This document shows positions 30,308 to 45,959 of a DNA stretch of 64,000 nucleotides, in pieces (positions within the stretch are counted from its first letter, which is position 1; each line of letters starts with the position of its first letter). The stretch is from Octopus vulgaris (Eukaryota). The translations under genes and the position numbers were made by a program. The notes beneath the pieces are model-generated. The model was not told the DNA's origin, did not search any database, and worked only from the letters and a program-made list of their open reading frames with translations. The stretch spans positions 125,178,001 through 125,242,000 of the forward strand of contig OX597815.1 in assembly GCA_951406725.2 (NCBI GenBank). The letters run 5' to 3'.

Positions 30308-30638
30308 CACATACATATATACGTATATATAATACACATACATATATACAATACACATACATATATACACATATATATAATACACATACATACATATATA
30401 TATATATATACATATATATACGTACACATATATACATACACATACATATATATGTATATATACATATATATATACATACACATACATACATATACATACA
30501 TACATGTACATACATACATACATATTCTTACATACATACATATACATACATACATACATATACATATATACATATATATAGATGTAGGTACGTACATATA
30601 TGTATGTATATATGTATATGTTTTATTTATTATTTTGT

Positions 30639-30686
<48 letters not shown>

Positions 30687-30703
30687 ACACACACATACAT
30701 AGA

Positions 30704-30963
30704 TGACTGGTACCCATGCCTGTGGCATGTAAAATACACAATTTGAGCGTGGCTGATGCCAGTGCTGCCTGACTGGGTTCCGTACCAGTGGCACATCAAT
30801 GCACCCACTATACTTCCAGAGTAGTTGGCATTAGGAAGGTTGTCCAGCTGTAGAGACCTTGCCAAATCAGATTAGAGCCTGGTGCAACCTCTCGGCTTGC
30901 CAGTTCTTAGTCAAATTGCCCAACCCATGCCAGCATGGAAAGTGGACATTAAACGATGATGAT
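30704..30963 (+). mobile_element. (GAT)n-tailed retroposon copy
   Basis: Ends aacccatgccagcatggaaagtggacattaaacgatgatgat. Confidence 0.8.
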
Positions 30964-31317
30964 ACATATATACATACATATATATATATATCAAAATGTA
31001 ACTACATGTGGACTGTTGGTGATTTTTTTCCTCCATCTTCCTTTTCTCTTGGATTTCCTTGTATCTCCTGTTTCTGCTTGAAATGTAAAACCCCCTTTCT
31101 TTCCTTTTCTGATCATCTTATTAATACTTTGCATGTATCACATCCTCGCATTGTTGTTTTTTTCTTGGTGTCCTCTTTTTCTGAGTTTTTTTTTTTGATT
31201 AACTATATATACACACACAGACACACACACAAAATATGGGGGTTTAGTTCACAAATGATTAAATATATATATATAATTGTTATATTCCGCTATATCAGAA
31301 ATCTGCAATGTGTGTGA

Positions 31318-31383
<66 letters not shown>

Positions 31384-31414
31384 ATTCAGATACATATATA
31401 TATACATACATATA

Positions 31415-31695
31415 CACCATCATTGTTTAACGTCCGCTTTCCATGCTAGCATGGGTTGGATGATTTGACTGAGGACAGGCAAACCAGATGGTTGCACCAG
31501 GCTTCAATCTGATCTGACAGAGTTTCTACAGCTGGATGCGCTTCCTAACACTAACCACTCCGAGAGTGTAGTAGGTGCTTTTATATGCCACCAGCACAAG
31601 GGCCAGTCAGGCGATACTGGCAGCACCCATGCTCAAATGGTATTTTTTACATGCCACTTGCACATGTGCCAGTCCGGTGGCACTGCCAACGACCT
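31415..31695 (-). mobile_element. (GAT)n-tailed retroposon copy
   Basis: catcattgtttaacgtccgctttccatgctagcatggg matches 14130-14165. Confidence 0.8.
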
Positions 31696-33861
31696 CACTA
31701 TACACACACACACACAGAGTATTGAAAGTAATCTCTTGGATTCTGAGTCACAGCTACAGATATATATATACTCACACTCAGCTGGAACTTAGATAACATA
31801 TTAATAACCAAATGCACTTTTTTCTTTGACAAAATGGTATAATCAAAATATGATGTGTGTGTGTAGATTATATATATATATGTGTGTGTGTGTGCCTACA
31901 TTGAAAAGAATTAGTTTGTGAGTATGCTCACAGAATATATTTGAACACTCACTTTTTTTGTTTTTAATAGTTTTACTGCAACATTTCAATAAGACTTTTT
32001 AGGGATGCCAAGGTAAAAATATAAATTCAGAAATTCAGATATAAACTATATTACACATGGGGGATGGGGTAGAATTGAACAATTTGTACTAGATATCTCT
32101 TATTTTCTATTTCCTCAGTAGGAAGAAAAAAGAAGAAAATGATTTTTTTAAACAAAATATTCAATACATTTATCTAATATAAATGAAGAAAAATGAAATG
32201 TAGATAAAAATCAATAGGCAACTTATTCTACTTGACATAAATATAAAGATTGAAACAGCAATAATTCTATTCTAAACTTAGCAATAATGCTAAAACTATT
32301 TTGGAACTGCTTCACTTATATCTTGACTTATTTGCCTTTTAAGTAAATAAAAAGTAAAATAAAATAAAGTTTTAAAAAATTTATTTGTTTATTCCCACCC
32401 CATAGCTGAACTTAGTTCTGTTTGCAACATTTCTATAATCTAGGTCCTATATTACTGTGATAAAGTGTTATTGTTGAAGTTTTGTTTCTTGTTTTTCTCA
32501 TTCCTTTGTGTCTACAGGCACTATATATCTTTATTCATAATATATTTTCATGTCAAAATTTATGAAGAAATCTAATAAGACACTGGCAAATAATAATACT
32601 ATAATAAAACTGAGGCAACCTAGAGTCAATACTAATATGTAAAAGTAACATTACTATCTAAAATAAGATCATTTAAGATTTATCAAAACCTGATCAACAT
32701 TCAAAGAATGCAAGTTATGTGTTTGTTAAGAGCAGATCTAGAGATCTTCACCTAACAAATATGTAGTTTATGTAGTGAGATATGTTGTTTTTTTTATTCC
32801 TTTACACATTTTCTTTTTACATCTAACAGAAGATATGATTTGGTAAAGTTAGTAGTAAGCTGTGTTAAATGCTTAACAAAATAATAATAAAAAAAAGAGT
32901 TGACTTTATTCTCAAAATCAGAAATGATTTCACTAAAGTTAAATATATTGATTAGGAAATAAAAATACATAGGTTTATGCTAACAGTATTCTCTTTGGTC
33001 AAGTATGAAAGGAAGAAACTTTGAATAGTTCCAACTATTTAGCCATCGTCAGCAGTAGCATAGCATTCAAAATTGCTTGCTGGTTGTGTAGCGACTAGTT
33101 ACTGTATAGAAATATTCATAGAAACAATTGAGTGGCAACAGGAAATGAGACTAATTGATAATATAATTATAGAGAGATACTGACTGTATTTAATTAATAA
33201 ATATAAAGATAGTTTTGATTATTTTCTATGTTTTCCTCATCTGGATAACCACCGAAGGATTAAATGCTCTCAACATCTTTTTTCTTTTTGAACGTGTCTC
33301 TACAATAACCTAGTTATTACACTGCCAACAAGCAAAGGCTATATTTCCTCTGATGATAGCTAAGATTCCAGAAATGTTAGAAGTTGTGTCTCTTGCTTAT
33401 TTGGCTAGAGATTGATAATTCCTAATATTTATATCTTAATCACCTTTCCATGTTTATTTCTATGGTTGAGAACACAATAAATAATTAAACATGCTTTTTT
33501 AATTACATATATATTTTCACAGAGTCAGTGACCTTTTATGATTAAATTTACAATATCTAGTTTAGCACCTAATTTATGTTAAAGCTGACAGTCTTTGATC
33601 TGTCTGGAGTAGTGCTTATGTACTAGTTTTACTAGTATCAATTAAACTAATTATACTGCTACTGTCTTTACAAAATTGGTCTCTGTCCAGCTAATGAATC
33701 CTTTTTGTTTTTTGGTGGGGAAATCAATATGCCATGTGGCAATGATGGCCAAAATGTAGCCAGTGAGGTGCTTGTGACTCTCAACATAATACTGGGTTTT
33801 GGTGCTTTTTTACCTAAAACACAATACTCAAAGATGCAGGAATAGACAATATATAATATGT

Positions 33862-34060
33862 ACCTCTTTTACTTGTTTTAGTTATTAGACCAAGGCCATG
33901 CTGGAGCATTGCCTTTTAGGGTTGGTTGAACAAATCAAACTCCTTTAATTATTCTGTCAAACTTTTTTTCTACCTAACTGCTAAGTTACAGGATGTAAAC
34001 AAAATAACACTGGTTATCAAGCAGTGGGACAACAAACCCAAACCCAAACACATACATGCA
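33862..34060 (-). mobile_element. Degenerate SINE 3' half
   Basis: ctcttttacttgttttag..ggccatgctggagca matches the 5969 copy. Confidence 0.7.
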
Positions 34061-34954
34061 TATACATTCACACATTTACTTACTTACATATATACATAGA
34101 TACCTATAAGCATACATATATAGATGCGTCCACACATGCTTACTGCATGTATACATACACACCCACAACACCCACATGCACACGCACACACTGATGGATT
34201 TTTGTCAACTAAATTTACTCATAAAGCATTGCCTAGAAACAAACTCCTTGCCCACATAGTCATGTCTATACCTATATATTAATCTTAATTATAATTTTTT
34301 AAAAGTTACAACTCTAAAGCATAATATATATGTAAGTAGTTGGAGGTGCTCTCCAAATCAAACAACTTGGCCACCTTGTAGATACTGTACCAAGGTCAGT
34401 GCTACAGTATGTTTAAACTACACTTCTCTTCTTTGGTCAAACTTTTCTTTACCTCTTTTCCCATATTTGAAAAGTTGAAAAGGTATACATATTTTCCTCT
34501 ATAAAAATGGTGTTCATAGTATGTCATCAAGAGAATAATTTTTATCATTAGCAACAACCTAGAACCAGAATGTGGTTACCTGTTCTATGGGTATATTTAT
34601 TCTACCTATTCTACAATGGGAAAAGCTGGTGGGGAAATGAATAAAAGTTCTTGAAAAAATAATTTCAATTAGGGTAGCATAGATTCTATGATACCAGAGA
34701 TCACTGCTTCTCTCTTAATATATTGCAATAAAAAATTTTAAAAAACTGCAGAGAGAAAAACGAAATCAAAGTGTTATGCCTAGGCATTGAAATAATATAC
34801 TATCAACTATTTTTTCATAAAAGGAGAGAAAAAAAGTTTTTTAGACTTTTCAATAGCAGCTTGAGAGTTTAAATTTTCGGGTGTAATCAATTATAGCTTT
34901 GGGTAACTATCTCTAAAAAAGAAACTACATACATAATATACATTAAAAGTAACA

Positions 34955-35002
<48 letters not shown>

Positions 35003-35232
35003 TCTATATTATTATTATTATGATAATAGATGAAAAAGATAAAATTTATTATTTGAAATTGCTTTATTTTAAGACAAGGCAATAAAAAAATAAAGATAAA
35101 TGAACTGGTACTTCAAGACTGTTGAGTGAATTTCTCACAAATGTAGGGAATGTAAGGAATGAAATCAGAATACTTATTAGTAGATTAAGAATTAAGTTAT
35201 TAAGAAATAAAAAGATCCATGATGGTTTTTAC

Positions 35233-35313
35233 CTCATGGTAGACTGAAGGTTGTGCCAAAGAAGGAACTCTGTAGGTTTTAATTTTAGGGCTGCCATCAG
35301 GATATACAATCTC
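35233..35313 (-). CDS. Candidate exon 3 (81 nt): core of the spliced uORF, RLYILMAALKLKPTEFLLWHNLQSTM
   Basis: Strong acceptor tttctctctttgcag| and donor GAG|gtaaaa. GC-richer than its flanks and open in the phase set by exon 52200-52264. Confidence 0.75.
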
Positions 35314-36069
35314 CTGCAAAGAGAGAAACAAAAACTAATTTAAAATAACATTAGATTATTAAAACAAAAACAAAAATAACATGAGGATTAATATACATAT
35401 TCCACTGTCCTATTTTTATTATTTGAGAAATATATTATAGTAGTCGTACAACATACAGAAATCAAATATTTTGTTTTACGAGATGGTAGGTGGTAGGCAT
35501 AATATCATTGTTTTTTGTAAAGAATGTTTAGAGAGAGAGAGAGAATTGAAATATCTCCTGACCCTGAGACCCAATGTTTAGTTCTTGTTTTATGGTGTGA
35601 AACATATCTTCTCCCGGACAGAACAACTTCAGTCAACATTCTCATATGACTCGGTGCCTGTTCTCACAGTTGATAACTGAGGTGCATAGAAGAAAGTGTT
35701 TTGCTTAGAAACCCAATAACATCATGTCAGCATAGTGATTTCATAGGGGATTGATGATCCTGTTGGCAATCAACACAGCCATTTCACCTTCTATTAGAAC
35801 ATACAATAGCATATGTTATTGATGATACTGCTGATGGTCAACAGTCACAGATGTTACAACTACAACTGGGTTAAGCTCAACACCAATGATTCTCAGCCTA
35901 CTTCTTTCATTTATTCCCTCATCTTGCTGTATTTCACCATTCAACCTCATTACTCCCACACAAAAAATATGACCTAAATAAACATATACAATTTGTCCCA
36001 ATTTCCCACCTGTGAACAAAAAGATGTGTAACCTTAAAAATATAATTTAATCAACTTTGTAAACTGACT

Positions 36070-36595
36070 CATATTCTTTTACTAATTTCAGTCATTGAAT
36101 TTCAGCCATACTGTGGTACTGTCTTTTAAAAGTTTAGTCAGCCAATATCCACCCAAGCACTATTTTTAAGGTAGCAAACTGGCAGAATCATTAGCACGCC
36201 AGGCGAAATGCTTAGTGGTATTTCATCTGTCTTCACATTCTGAGTTCAAACACCACTGGGGTCGCTTTGCCTTTCATCCTTTTGAGGGGTCAATAAATTA
36301 ACTACGAGTGAAATTCTGGGGTCGATGCAATTGACTAGTCCCCTCCCCCAAAACTTCAAACCTTGTGCCAATAATAGAAAGGACTATTTTTAAGACTGAT
36401 ATTGTCAAGCCAATAAGTTGTGAGACATAAGCATAAAGAAACATACAACACACATGAAAGACTTCCATACAATTTCACTCAGAATACATTGGTATAACTT
36501 AAGTTAAAGAAAACACTTGCCCAAGGTATCACACAGTGAGACTGAACCCAAAACCACACGGTTGCTAAGTGAACTTTTTAACAACACAGCTATGC
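36070..36595. mobile_element. Nested SINEs: plus-strand copy (about 36170-36385) inside a degenerate minus-strand SINE
   Basis: Head ctggcagaatcattagcacgccaggcgaaatgc interrupts tail (tttcagtcattg) and head (acttgcccaagg...acacagc) segments. The sequence ctatttttaag is repeated on both sides of the inner copy. Confidence 0.7.
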
Positions 36596-36681
36596 ATGAT
36601 CAGATACATTTACATCCAGTCATGCAAAATTTTTGCCTACAGGAAATAAATTTCCCTTGGATGAGAATCATTGCTCAATAC

Positions 36682-36939
36682 CATTGGTTCTCAACCATTT
36701 TTTACCAATGGACCCCTTTGATTCCTATTTTACTCATGTGGACCCCACAACAATTCAATGCTTAAAAAAATCATATTATATTTTTATAATGAAATATTAT
36801 TAGGAATTATACAAAAAAAATTGTTAAAATATTTTCTGTATTATAGAGCTATAACCAATTAAAGCACATAAATATTAACAACAAAATCTTACATGTATCC
36901 CCATCCCAAGGGTTATATAGACTTAGTTGAGAACCACTG
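36682..36939. mobile_element. hAT/Charlie-type MITE
   Basis: TIRs cattggttctcaac / gttgagaaccactg; degenerate 8-bp TSD ctcaatac / ctctacac. Confidence 0.75.
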
Positions 36940-38328
36940 CTCTACACAAAGAAATTCTTGTTAACCTGCAATGAATTCTTAGATTCTACTGTGTTGTCTA
37001 CCCCTATCATTAGAAAGTAGTATTACTACTAAGAGCTACTGACTTTAACACTGGACACACCAAATCATATAACATTTGGAACACAGATTCAACAAATGAG
37101 AAACATATCATTTTTAATTGTTCTCATAAAACCTAACTCTCACATTTAAAGTATTTATCATAATACCTAAAAGGACTGAAAAGGGAAGTTGAGCCTGGCA
37201 AGATTTAACTCAGTGAGAAATCACATTAGATTTAGTAAATCCTCTAGTCTGGTGGTCTGCAGTCTGCCTTTATTTTAGCAGAATAGAAATGAGAAGATTG
37301 TTCATGCCATACCTAATGGGATTAGTACTACTAAGAAAAGTTTCAAACTGGCTTCCATTAACAACTGAAATAAGAGAGTATTTATTTCTGTTTTTAAGGC
37401 CTTCAGTTTTATAGATTCTGTTTCACTGCCCTCTGAGATTTCACATTTGTAGAAGCAACTTATATATCAATAAACAGACTAGAACTTATGAGAAATTAGA
37501 TCCATAACAACTAAGTTCAAAATTTACTGAGAAAATCTAACCATACAATATATAACTGAAGCTGATAACTATCGTATCTAAAAGAGTTAAAGAACCTGAT
37601 CTACATGTAGAATGAAAAATGAAAAAGAATAACATCCTTGTCAGGAAGGTTAATCAATTAGTGATAGGTACTCTAGATTAGGAAAATTCAAACAATTAAC
37701 TGTATTTATCATGCTTGTTTGTATAGTAACATATGGACTAAAAATGAAAATGAGGGTGTGAGGTTGGGAATGAATGATAACACTAGTTAATTCAGGTTTG
37801 ATAATCTTTATCTCTTCTGAAGGCTATCCCCATGGCCATTTTTATTTTAATGCTATCCTGAACTGTGGAAGACATGTAGCTAGGTAAGGCTTATCTGTAC
37901 TTAATGTAGATTAATTAACATAAGAAAAGCACAACAAAAAACAACAAATATCCACATTAGTAGACAAAAAAAGTTTTGCAAAGCAATGAAAGAGTATAGT
38001 GTGTGTACCATCATCAAGTTGGTTGCAAACTTCAGAGGACCAGCCAGTCAATTTAGTTATAATAGAAGAGGCCAGGACTATGCAACCAATCAGTGGTCTA
38101 GCCATTGAAAAGTATTTGTCAGTATGGGTGTATGACATGAAGAAGAATACTATTTAATAGTATTCTTCTATATTGAGTTTGCTGAGAGTTTAGTAGCTAT
38201 TCAGAGTTAAAATGATTGTTGTTGTTGCTGTTGTTATTATTATTTCAAGAGAAAAAGTTGGGAGTCCTCCTGAGAGTTTGTTAGAAATTGTTGAACATAG
38301 ATTCTTATCAGGAGAGTGAAGATTACAG

Positions 38329-38399
<71 letters not shown>

Positions 38400-38691
38400 T
38401 AATGATAATGAAATATACATTGTGTACTTTCTTTTAACATGTTTAGTGTCTCAGTTGTGATGCTATTTCAGAGATCTCTATCCAAAATATCTACAGATCA
38501 GATTATGCATCATGCAGTGGGTTGATCTACAAAATAACCTTTCAATGGGTTTTTTTTTTTTTTTTGGCTTCATGTGGGGACCCTCTAGTCAGGCAGTTTT
38601 AAAAGAAGATCCCCTTGGTAAACATAGTTAGCAGGTGTCAAGGGAAACAATGTTAGTTTTGGTAAAGTACTTGGAGATGGAAAACAACTAC

Positions 38692-38752
<61 letters not shown>

Positions 38753-39441
38753 TGTGAGTGTGTATGAGAGTGATTGAGGTATAGGTATTATTGGTTAATA
38801 TACTTAGTTTTCTTTCCAATATTGTGTAGGGGTTTTCAGCAGACATGAACACACACATATATATGCGTGGACATGTGTGTGTGTGTGTGTGTGTATGTGC
38901 GTGCATGCGCACCTCAAATCTCATCCTAATGTAATTATTAGTCAACACCTAACTTGATTAATACAAAATTCTAGATGAACTGATACTAACAACAAACTAA
39001 AACCTTGGTCTAGATTCAATTAGTTATAAGACTCTTATAATCCCATAACCATATAATTAAATAATAGCCAACAGAAACAATTATAACTAGACCTGGATCC
39101 ATATCATGCAAAGGAAAGCTCCTACTTATTTTGTAGGATCCATACTAGTGATTGCTCCAGAGGGTTAAGAGAGTGAAGGTGCTGAGTAAATTGATCATTT
39201 ATGAATGACATCACCATTAGATTAACAGCAATAAGACAGCAGGTAGGTGGCAGCAGGGTTTAAAAAGTTGTAAAATGTTGAACAAAGGAAGAAAAAAGGA
39301 AAGTAGAATGCATGATAAATAACTAGACACAACCACACACACGTTTGAATTAAAAATTAGATGACAAAATTAACCAGATGACAATAAATACTTAATCACT
39401 TAACTATCAAAAGCTAGTAAAACTAATAGAAATCCTTAATC

Positions 39442-39484
<43 letters not shown>

Positions 39485-41130
39485 AAATACACCTATTTAG
39501 TGTTAATTTGCATACATATAAATTTCAAAAAAGGATAAAAAACTTGGGGGGTGGAAATTTACACCAGATTGCTTAATAGAAAGTAAATGAAAGCTGAGTT
39601 TTCAGTCAATATGTCTGCTAAAAAGATTCAAGTGGGGAGTGGGGGGGAATCAATCAATAGCTAGAAATAGAAATGAGAGAGAGAGAGAAAGAGAGAGAGA
39701 GAGATAAGCTAGTGTATGAAGTTTGACTTATTGTATTGGCTTGCATGTTTTACCAATTCAAACGCGTACAGCTGCACTAGCTTTTTATTCCTGTTGCTGT
39801 ACACATTCTCTATTTTCATTTTCTTCTTCCTCCTTGTATTTTACTCAAGAGAAAGCTGGGTGGTGAGCTTGTGAGTGTGCATGCATGTGTGTGAGTGTGT
39901 GTATGTGTGCATGTGTGAATGAGAAAGCATGTGTGTGTGTAATGGAGATTATTGGTCAAGACCTATCAAATAGTCATTAAGTCCTAAAACAAGGCAAAAA
40001 AACAGAAAATGTCAAATTGACTAACTACAGTTTGAAATGACAAGAAGCAAATGATAAAAAAAAGTAAAAGGAACAGAAGCAAGAGGGGGGAAAATACACA
40101 CACACATACATGCATGCACACACCATCAGTGAATGCACATACTCAACAGCTATCAGTCGATGGGTGAAGGAGAAGAAGGTGGTAAGGATGGCAGTGGGTG
40201 AAGTAATTAGTATAATCAATTTTCAAAGCTGAAGAACAGTTTTCAACTGTAACATACAAAGCTATGTAGCAATCACATTAATGGTTCCATGTGTTGTGGT
40301 AAACTTTAAAAGAGATATTACATGAAAGTTAAGAGCTCTTTTCAGCTCAGTCACTTCTTCACCCAACCCCCGCATTCCTCACTGCCCACCAATGCCTTTC
40401 TCTCTAATGCTCTTTGCAAAGGTAGGTATAAGGCCAATTTGAGGTGAGGAGGAGAGGGAAGAGATGATATAGTTGATTAAATCAGCCCCTCGTATGTTCC
40501 TGGTATTTATTTTCATCAACCTAGCATAGATGAAATGACAAATAGGCCATGCGTAATTAGATGCACAAATATTTGTTTCTGTGTGTGGGTGTGTGTAATC
40601 CTGATAATCATTCAATTAATACTACAAAAAAAGTCTTATTAGCATAATAAAAATAGTTTTCTTTCTTCTATTTAATAGAATTTAAAAAAATAAACAATGG
40701 GAATTTTTTTTTAAGATCACTAAATATAAAAACTAAAACAGTAAAATACAAATTTTTAAAGCAGTATGCCTAAAAATATATTTAAAACACACAAAAAGAC
40801 TATATATTTATATGAAAAAATATCCAAATGAAAATGACAGCTATAACTGAGATTAGACTGAGAGAGAAGAAAGGATGAACTCATTAGAAAAATGCATTTG
40901 CCGTGTGCATGTGTGGTTCATGCATGAGTGCATGCACATACACAAGAGAAGATCAATGCACTATGACAAATTGTAAGAGTATTTTCAAAATATTTTAAAT
41001 ATCAATTCATGAACAAAAATGTCTAATTGAGTTGCAAATTATATCATTCAGGAAAATAAAATAAAATAAATGAAAACTTAATATGTCCAACAAGAAAGTC
41101 TTCTAAAATTAAAATAATAATAATAACAAC

Positions 41131-41163
<33 letters not shown>

Positions 41164-41881
41164 TTAGAGCTAACATTTCCAAAAAACAATACATAAAACA
41201 AAATTTATTTTACTTGAAACAACTCAACAATAATAACAACACAGCGATAATTAAGAAAATAACAAGAAATCACTAAATTAGATGTTATTAAAAGTGAATT
41301 GTGGCTGTACTTTAATTGCAAGAACAACAATACCGGAAATCAAGTCGGCACTCCCAGACACAGATAATTAATATCTGACCAAACTCAGTACTATGCAATG
41401 GTTAAGCAACCATTTACATTTATCAGAAGTTTAAAGCATAATCTGCCTTTATTAATTTTAGAGAACAGCTTTAAAAATCCAAGTAAATTTGTAAATCTAA
41501 GTCAATATTATTCAGAAAAACATCCAACTAAAAACCAAATGTAAGTCTTAAATTATGTCTTCAGCCTCCACCTACATATGTCTGCAGTCATTTTGTTCTT
41601 TAACTCCAGGTCAAACAACCTGATGATCAAAGGTATTCCAGCTATAACCATCCGATCCTTTTGAATGCTATGAACTACACTATCCAGTGCATCCTTCTTA
41701 GATTATAGGTAGTGATTTGAGGAAGATACAGTTGCTATTTCTAGTAGATCGGCACTTTCATTGGCTGTTTTTCACACAATAGCAACCACTTCAGTTAAAC
41801 TGTTTTTACAAATACATTTTATTCATATCGCATGTCATAACAATATATACATACGTATATGTATATATATTTGATATATTT

Positions 41882-42351
41882 CAGCAGAGTGGCTGTGTGG
41901 TAAGTAGCTCACTTACCAACCACATGGTTCTGGATTCAGTTCCACTGCGTGGCACCTTGGGCAAGTGTCTTCAACTATAGCCTCGGGCCGACCAAAGCCT
42001 TGGAAACTGAAAGAAGCCTGTCATATATATGTATGTGTGTGTATATGTTTGTGTGTCTGTGTTTGCCACCCCCACCCCCACATTGCTTGACAACCGATGC
42101 TGGTGTGTTTACATCCCCATAACTTAGCAGCTCGGCAAAAGAGACTGATAGAATAAGTACTAGGCTTACAAAGAATAAGTCCTGGTGTCAGTTTGCTTGA
42201 CTAAAGGCAGTGCTCCAGCATGGCTGCAGTCAAGTGACTGAAACAAGTAAAAGAGAGTCAAATGTTTTCTACTATAGCCTCGGGCCAACCAAGACTTTGT
42301 GAGTGGATTTGGTAGATGAAAGGTGATAGAAGCCTGTGGTGTGTGTATGTA

Positions 42352-42400
<49 letters not shown>

Positions 42401-43381
42401 AGATTAAAGAGATTAAAGACCCACTTCGGTCATGAATGGCCATGGGATTACACCTAGAAAGTTAACCTCTGAGGTACAAGTTTGAGCAAGGTTGTTTGGA
42501 AGACCAGCAGTGCATACCAGCTTCCCCTCTCCATACCACTGAGTTTATACAAGGGAAAGGCAAATGCCAATAAAGCTTGGCACCAGCGATGTCACAACTC
42601 ATTTCTATAGATGAGTAATCTGGAGCAACAAGAAGTAAAGTGTCTTGCTCAAGAACACAACACACAGTCCAGTCCAGAAAACAAACTAACTACCGCATGG
42701 GTGTGAGCTCGACACTCTAACAACTGAGCCATGCACCTATTATATATGTATGTGTGTGTGTCTTTGTTCCCCACCACCACCTGATAACTGGTGTTGGTGT
42801 GTTTACATCCCTGTAACTTAACAGTTCAGCATAAGAGACCACTAGAATATGTACCAGGCTTAAAACATCCCAGGGTCAATTAATACAACTGAAAAAACCC
42901 TTCAAGGCAGTACCCCAGCATGGCCATGACCAAGACCATTAGCATTATGTTGTACTTGAGAGGAAGATCTATCAAACCAAGTAAAATTGCAGTTGTGGCA
43001 GATACCGGTGTCACACAAATGGCACCCATGCAGGTGACACGTAAAAGTACCTTTCGAGCATTGATCCTCACGGAGGCAAGGATCAAGACCATTTCAGATT
43101 ATGCCAGGCTTTGAGTGTTGGGCATCATGGAGGCAATGACCAAGTCCATTATGCCATGCTTGAGAAGACCCATCAAACCAAGTAAAACCGCAGTCGTGGC
43201 AGAAACTGGTGTCACGCAAATGGCACCCATTATTTTCTTGGAGTGATTGGCATTAGGAAGGCATCCAGCCATAGAAACCATGCCAAAACAGACAAGAGTC
43301 TGGTTCAGCTTGCCAGCACTGGTCAAACCATCCAACCCATGCCAGCATGGACAACAGACATTAAATGATGATGATGATGAT
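41882..43381. mobile_element. SINE cluster (near-complete plus SINE 41882-42257, further partial SINEs, (GAT)n-tailed element ending at 43381)
   Basis: tRNA-like head gtggctgtgtggtaagtagc..ggattcagttccactg; tail ..gactgaaacaagtaaaag; other segments match families above. Confidence 0.8.
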
Positions 43382-45959
43382 TATATAAATGTGTGTGTTT
43401 GTTGAGAAAAAGGAGGTAGTCGGAATTTTGGATAATTCTTTATTAGCACTTTCATTTGTTTTCCAAACTCATGAAGACAAAATCAAAATCAGAATATATA
43501 TATATATTGAAAGATAGATAGATATGGTACGCATACACACACACATTTTCTGTGCTGGCATGCGATGGATAATCTGACAGGAGCTAGTGAACCATTGGAC
43601 TGCATCATGATCTCATGATCTGTGTCAGCTTTGGCATGGTTTCTATGGTTGGATGCTCTTTTTAAAACCAACATCACAGTGATATATATATATATGTATG
43701 TATGTATAGCATAGGCAAATGATTTAGAAGTTTGTTTCACAATCATGATGTTCTGGTTATGATCTTCTTGAATGGTATCTTGTGCAAGAGTCTTCCACTA
43801 TAGTCTCAAGTCAACCCAAGCTATGTAAATGAAATTCTCTAGACAGAAATTGTGAGGAAGACCATGAAATGAATTGTTTCTGGAATCCGAAGGTCCAGGT
43901 TTGTCACATTTGTGTTACACTGATACAGCCTGGAAATCATATTAAGGAGACACATGTCTGCGAATTACTACACAGCACTTATATATTAATTCAATGAGTA
44001 GGTAGGGTAACTTAGATAATTAAACAACCAAATACATGCTGTAAAAACTAGTCGAGACTTGTTTACATTTCGTTGTGTATATATACATACATATATCACC
44101 ATCATCTAAGGTCCATCTTCCATGCTGGCATAGGTTGAACAGTTCAACAGCATCTGAAATATCAGAGGCTTGCATTGTGTTTCAATGCCTGCTTCAATAT
44201 GGTTTCTACAGCTGGATTCCCATCCTAATACCAGTCATGTTACACAGTGTACAGCTTCTTTTTTTATCTCTGTTTTACATGGCACCAGCAGTAGTGAATA
44301 TTACTTTGTAACATGCAAGACCGCCAGCCTAAAGTGGCCCTATAACTGAGTAAGAAATAGAAGGGAGAGGGTGCCACCATGATTATAGGCAGGAGTGAAA
44401 TGAGAGCAACAGACTTATAGTTGTGCACACACACAGAAGCATGGATGAGTGGTTATGAAGTTCACTTTGCAACCATAAAGTTTGAGGTTCAATCTTACTG
44501 CACAACATTTTGAATAAATGCTTTTCAGTGCCTTGGGGAACTCAAGCCTTCTGAATAAATTTGGGTAGATGAAATCAGTTGGATGGATTGTACTTGTAAT
44601 TCGAATGAATGTTCAGCCTTATCACACTGTGTTTTCCTGATTCCACCTGAGAATTACACTGAAGGTACACACATCAGTATAATATTCAGTCACTTCACAT
44701 GCTAATTCACCCAGGATGTTCTTATGTCAAAAGCCCACCATTAAACAATATAGATAGGTAGGTAGATAGAGTAATAGATAGACAGCTACACATACACACA
44801 CATGAATGACATGATTGATAACACAGAAGCTTAAAAGAGTTCTTGTATTCAAGTCACCTAGAATTATGCTCCTGCAAATCTTTTACATTTTTCTCTCTAC
44901 ACTGTGTTACACTGAATTTATTCCTTGATCATTTTCAGGTAGAGCTTTATTTCAAAGTCAAATCTGTTGATTCAGATTTGAACATGTGGCCACAGTTCCT
45001 CAGTAACAGACACTAAATAGGTAAGACTATAATTTCTTGTAAACTTTCAACTTGACACCAAACACATAATTTTAGAGTCTGCCTTTATGTCCAAAAGAGT
45101 ATGTGAAGAAATAAAGCTCCAAGAGACATAAAAAGAAAAAAGAATGATCACAATATACCACAGATAAGAACATAAAATACAACACTGTTTCAGTGAGAGT
45201 TCTTATACAAAAACTAATTTGATAAAAGAGAAAGAAAAAAAAACTTATATTTTACTTTAAGAAATAAAAGAAAAAAAAACATTGCTATGCCTTTGATTAG
45301 TTAGATGATTTTTCAACACTGAGAAAAGAGTGAGCTTTTTATGTTGAATATCATGATACTTATTTAAAAAAAAAAAGAATTTTATAAAAAAATTAATAAA
45401 TTCTAGAATCTGTTTCTAAAAGTATAGTATTTTAATGAACTACCATTAGATTTGAAAATAAAACAAGCCTAAGTGAAAAGTATTTATGTTGTTGTTTTTT
45501 TCAGTTTTTAATCAAATACTAGAGTAACAGATACACATAGTCTATGTCAAAGCTGCATGTGTGTGTGTGTATAAATATAAATAACATGCAATATACACAT
45601 ATACGTATTTGCAGACACATCTATATACACGTACATACACATATATGCATACATACAGATACATATATATGTACACACACACATGTACATATATATACAT
45701 ATATAGACACGCACAGAGACGAATATACATATATGTACATATGCAAACGCACATACTTTTAATTATTATTATTATTATTATTTTGGATCAACAAGTTACC
45801 AAACTGACTCAACGACTGAGATTTTCATGAATGGCACTTGAGAAAGGCAATGTACATAAATTTTGGCCTTTGGGTCACTTTGGTAACCTTCAGCCAATTA
45901 GAACAATGCACATGTACTGAGTTTTGTTTCTATTTGTTTAACCAAACACACACACACGC

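Noticed and set aside
30990-31205. Possible further PLE pLTR with hammerhead remnant (tttctg..cttgaaatgtaaaa)
   Set aside because: Core and stem II are absent, so it cannot be supported from the sequence alone.
35296-35302. TCC-TGA-T on the minus strand, resembling the antizyme +1 frameshift site
   Set aside because: The +1 frame (DGSPKIK..HEV*) would stop right after the next predicted junction and has no antizyme similarity. The RLYIL..WHNLQ frame is a better explanation.
41882-41960. tRNA gene
   Set aside because: It is a tRNA-derived SINE head continuing into a SINE body; no complete cloverleaf.
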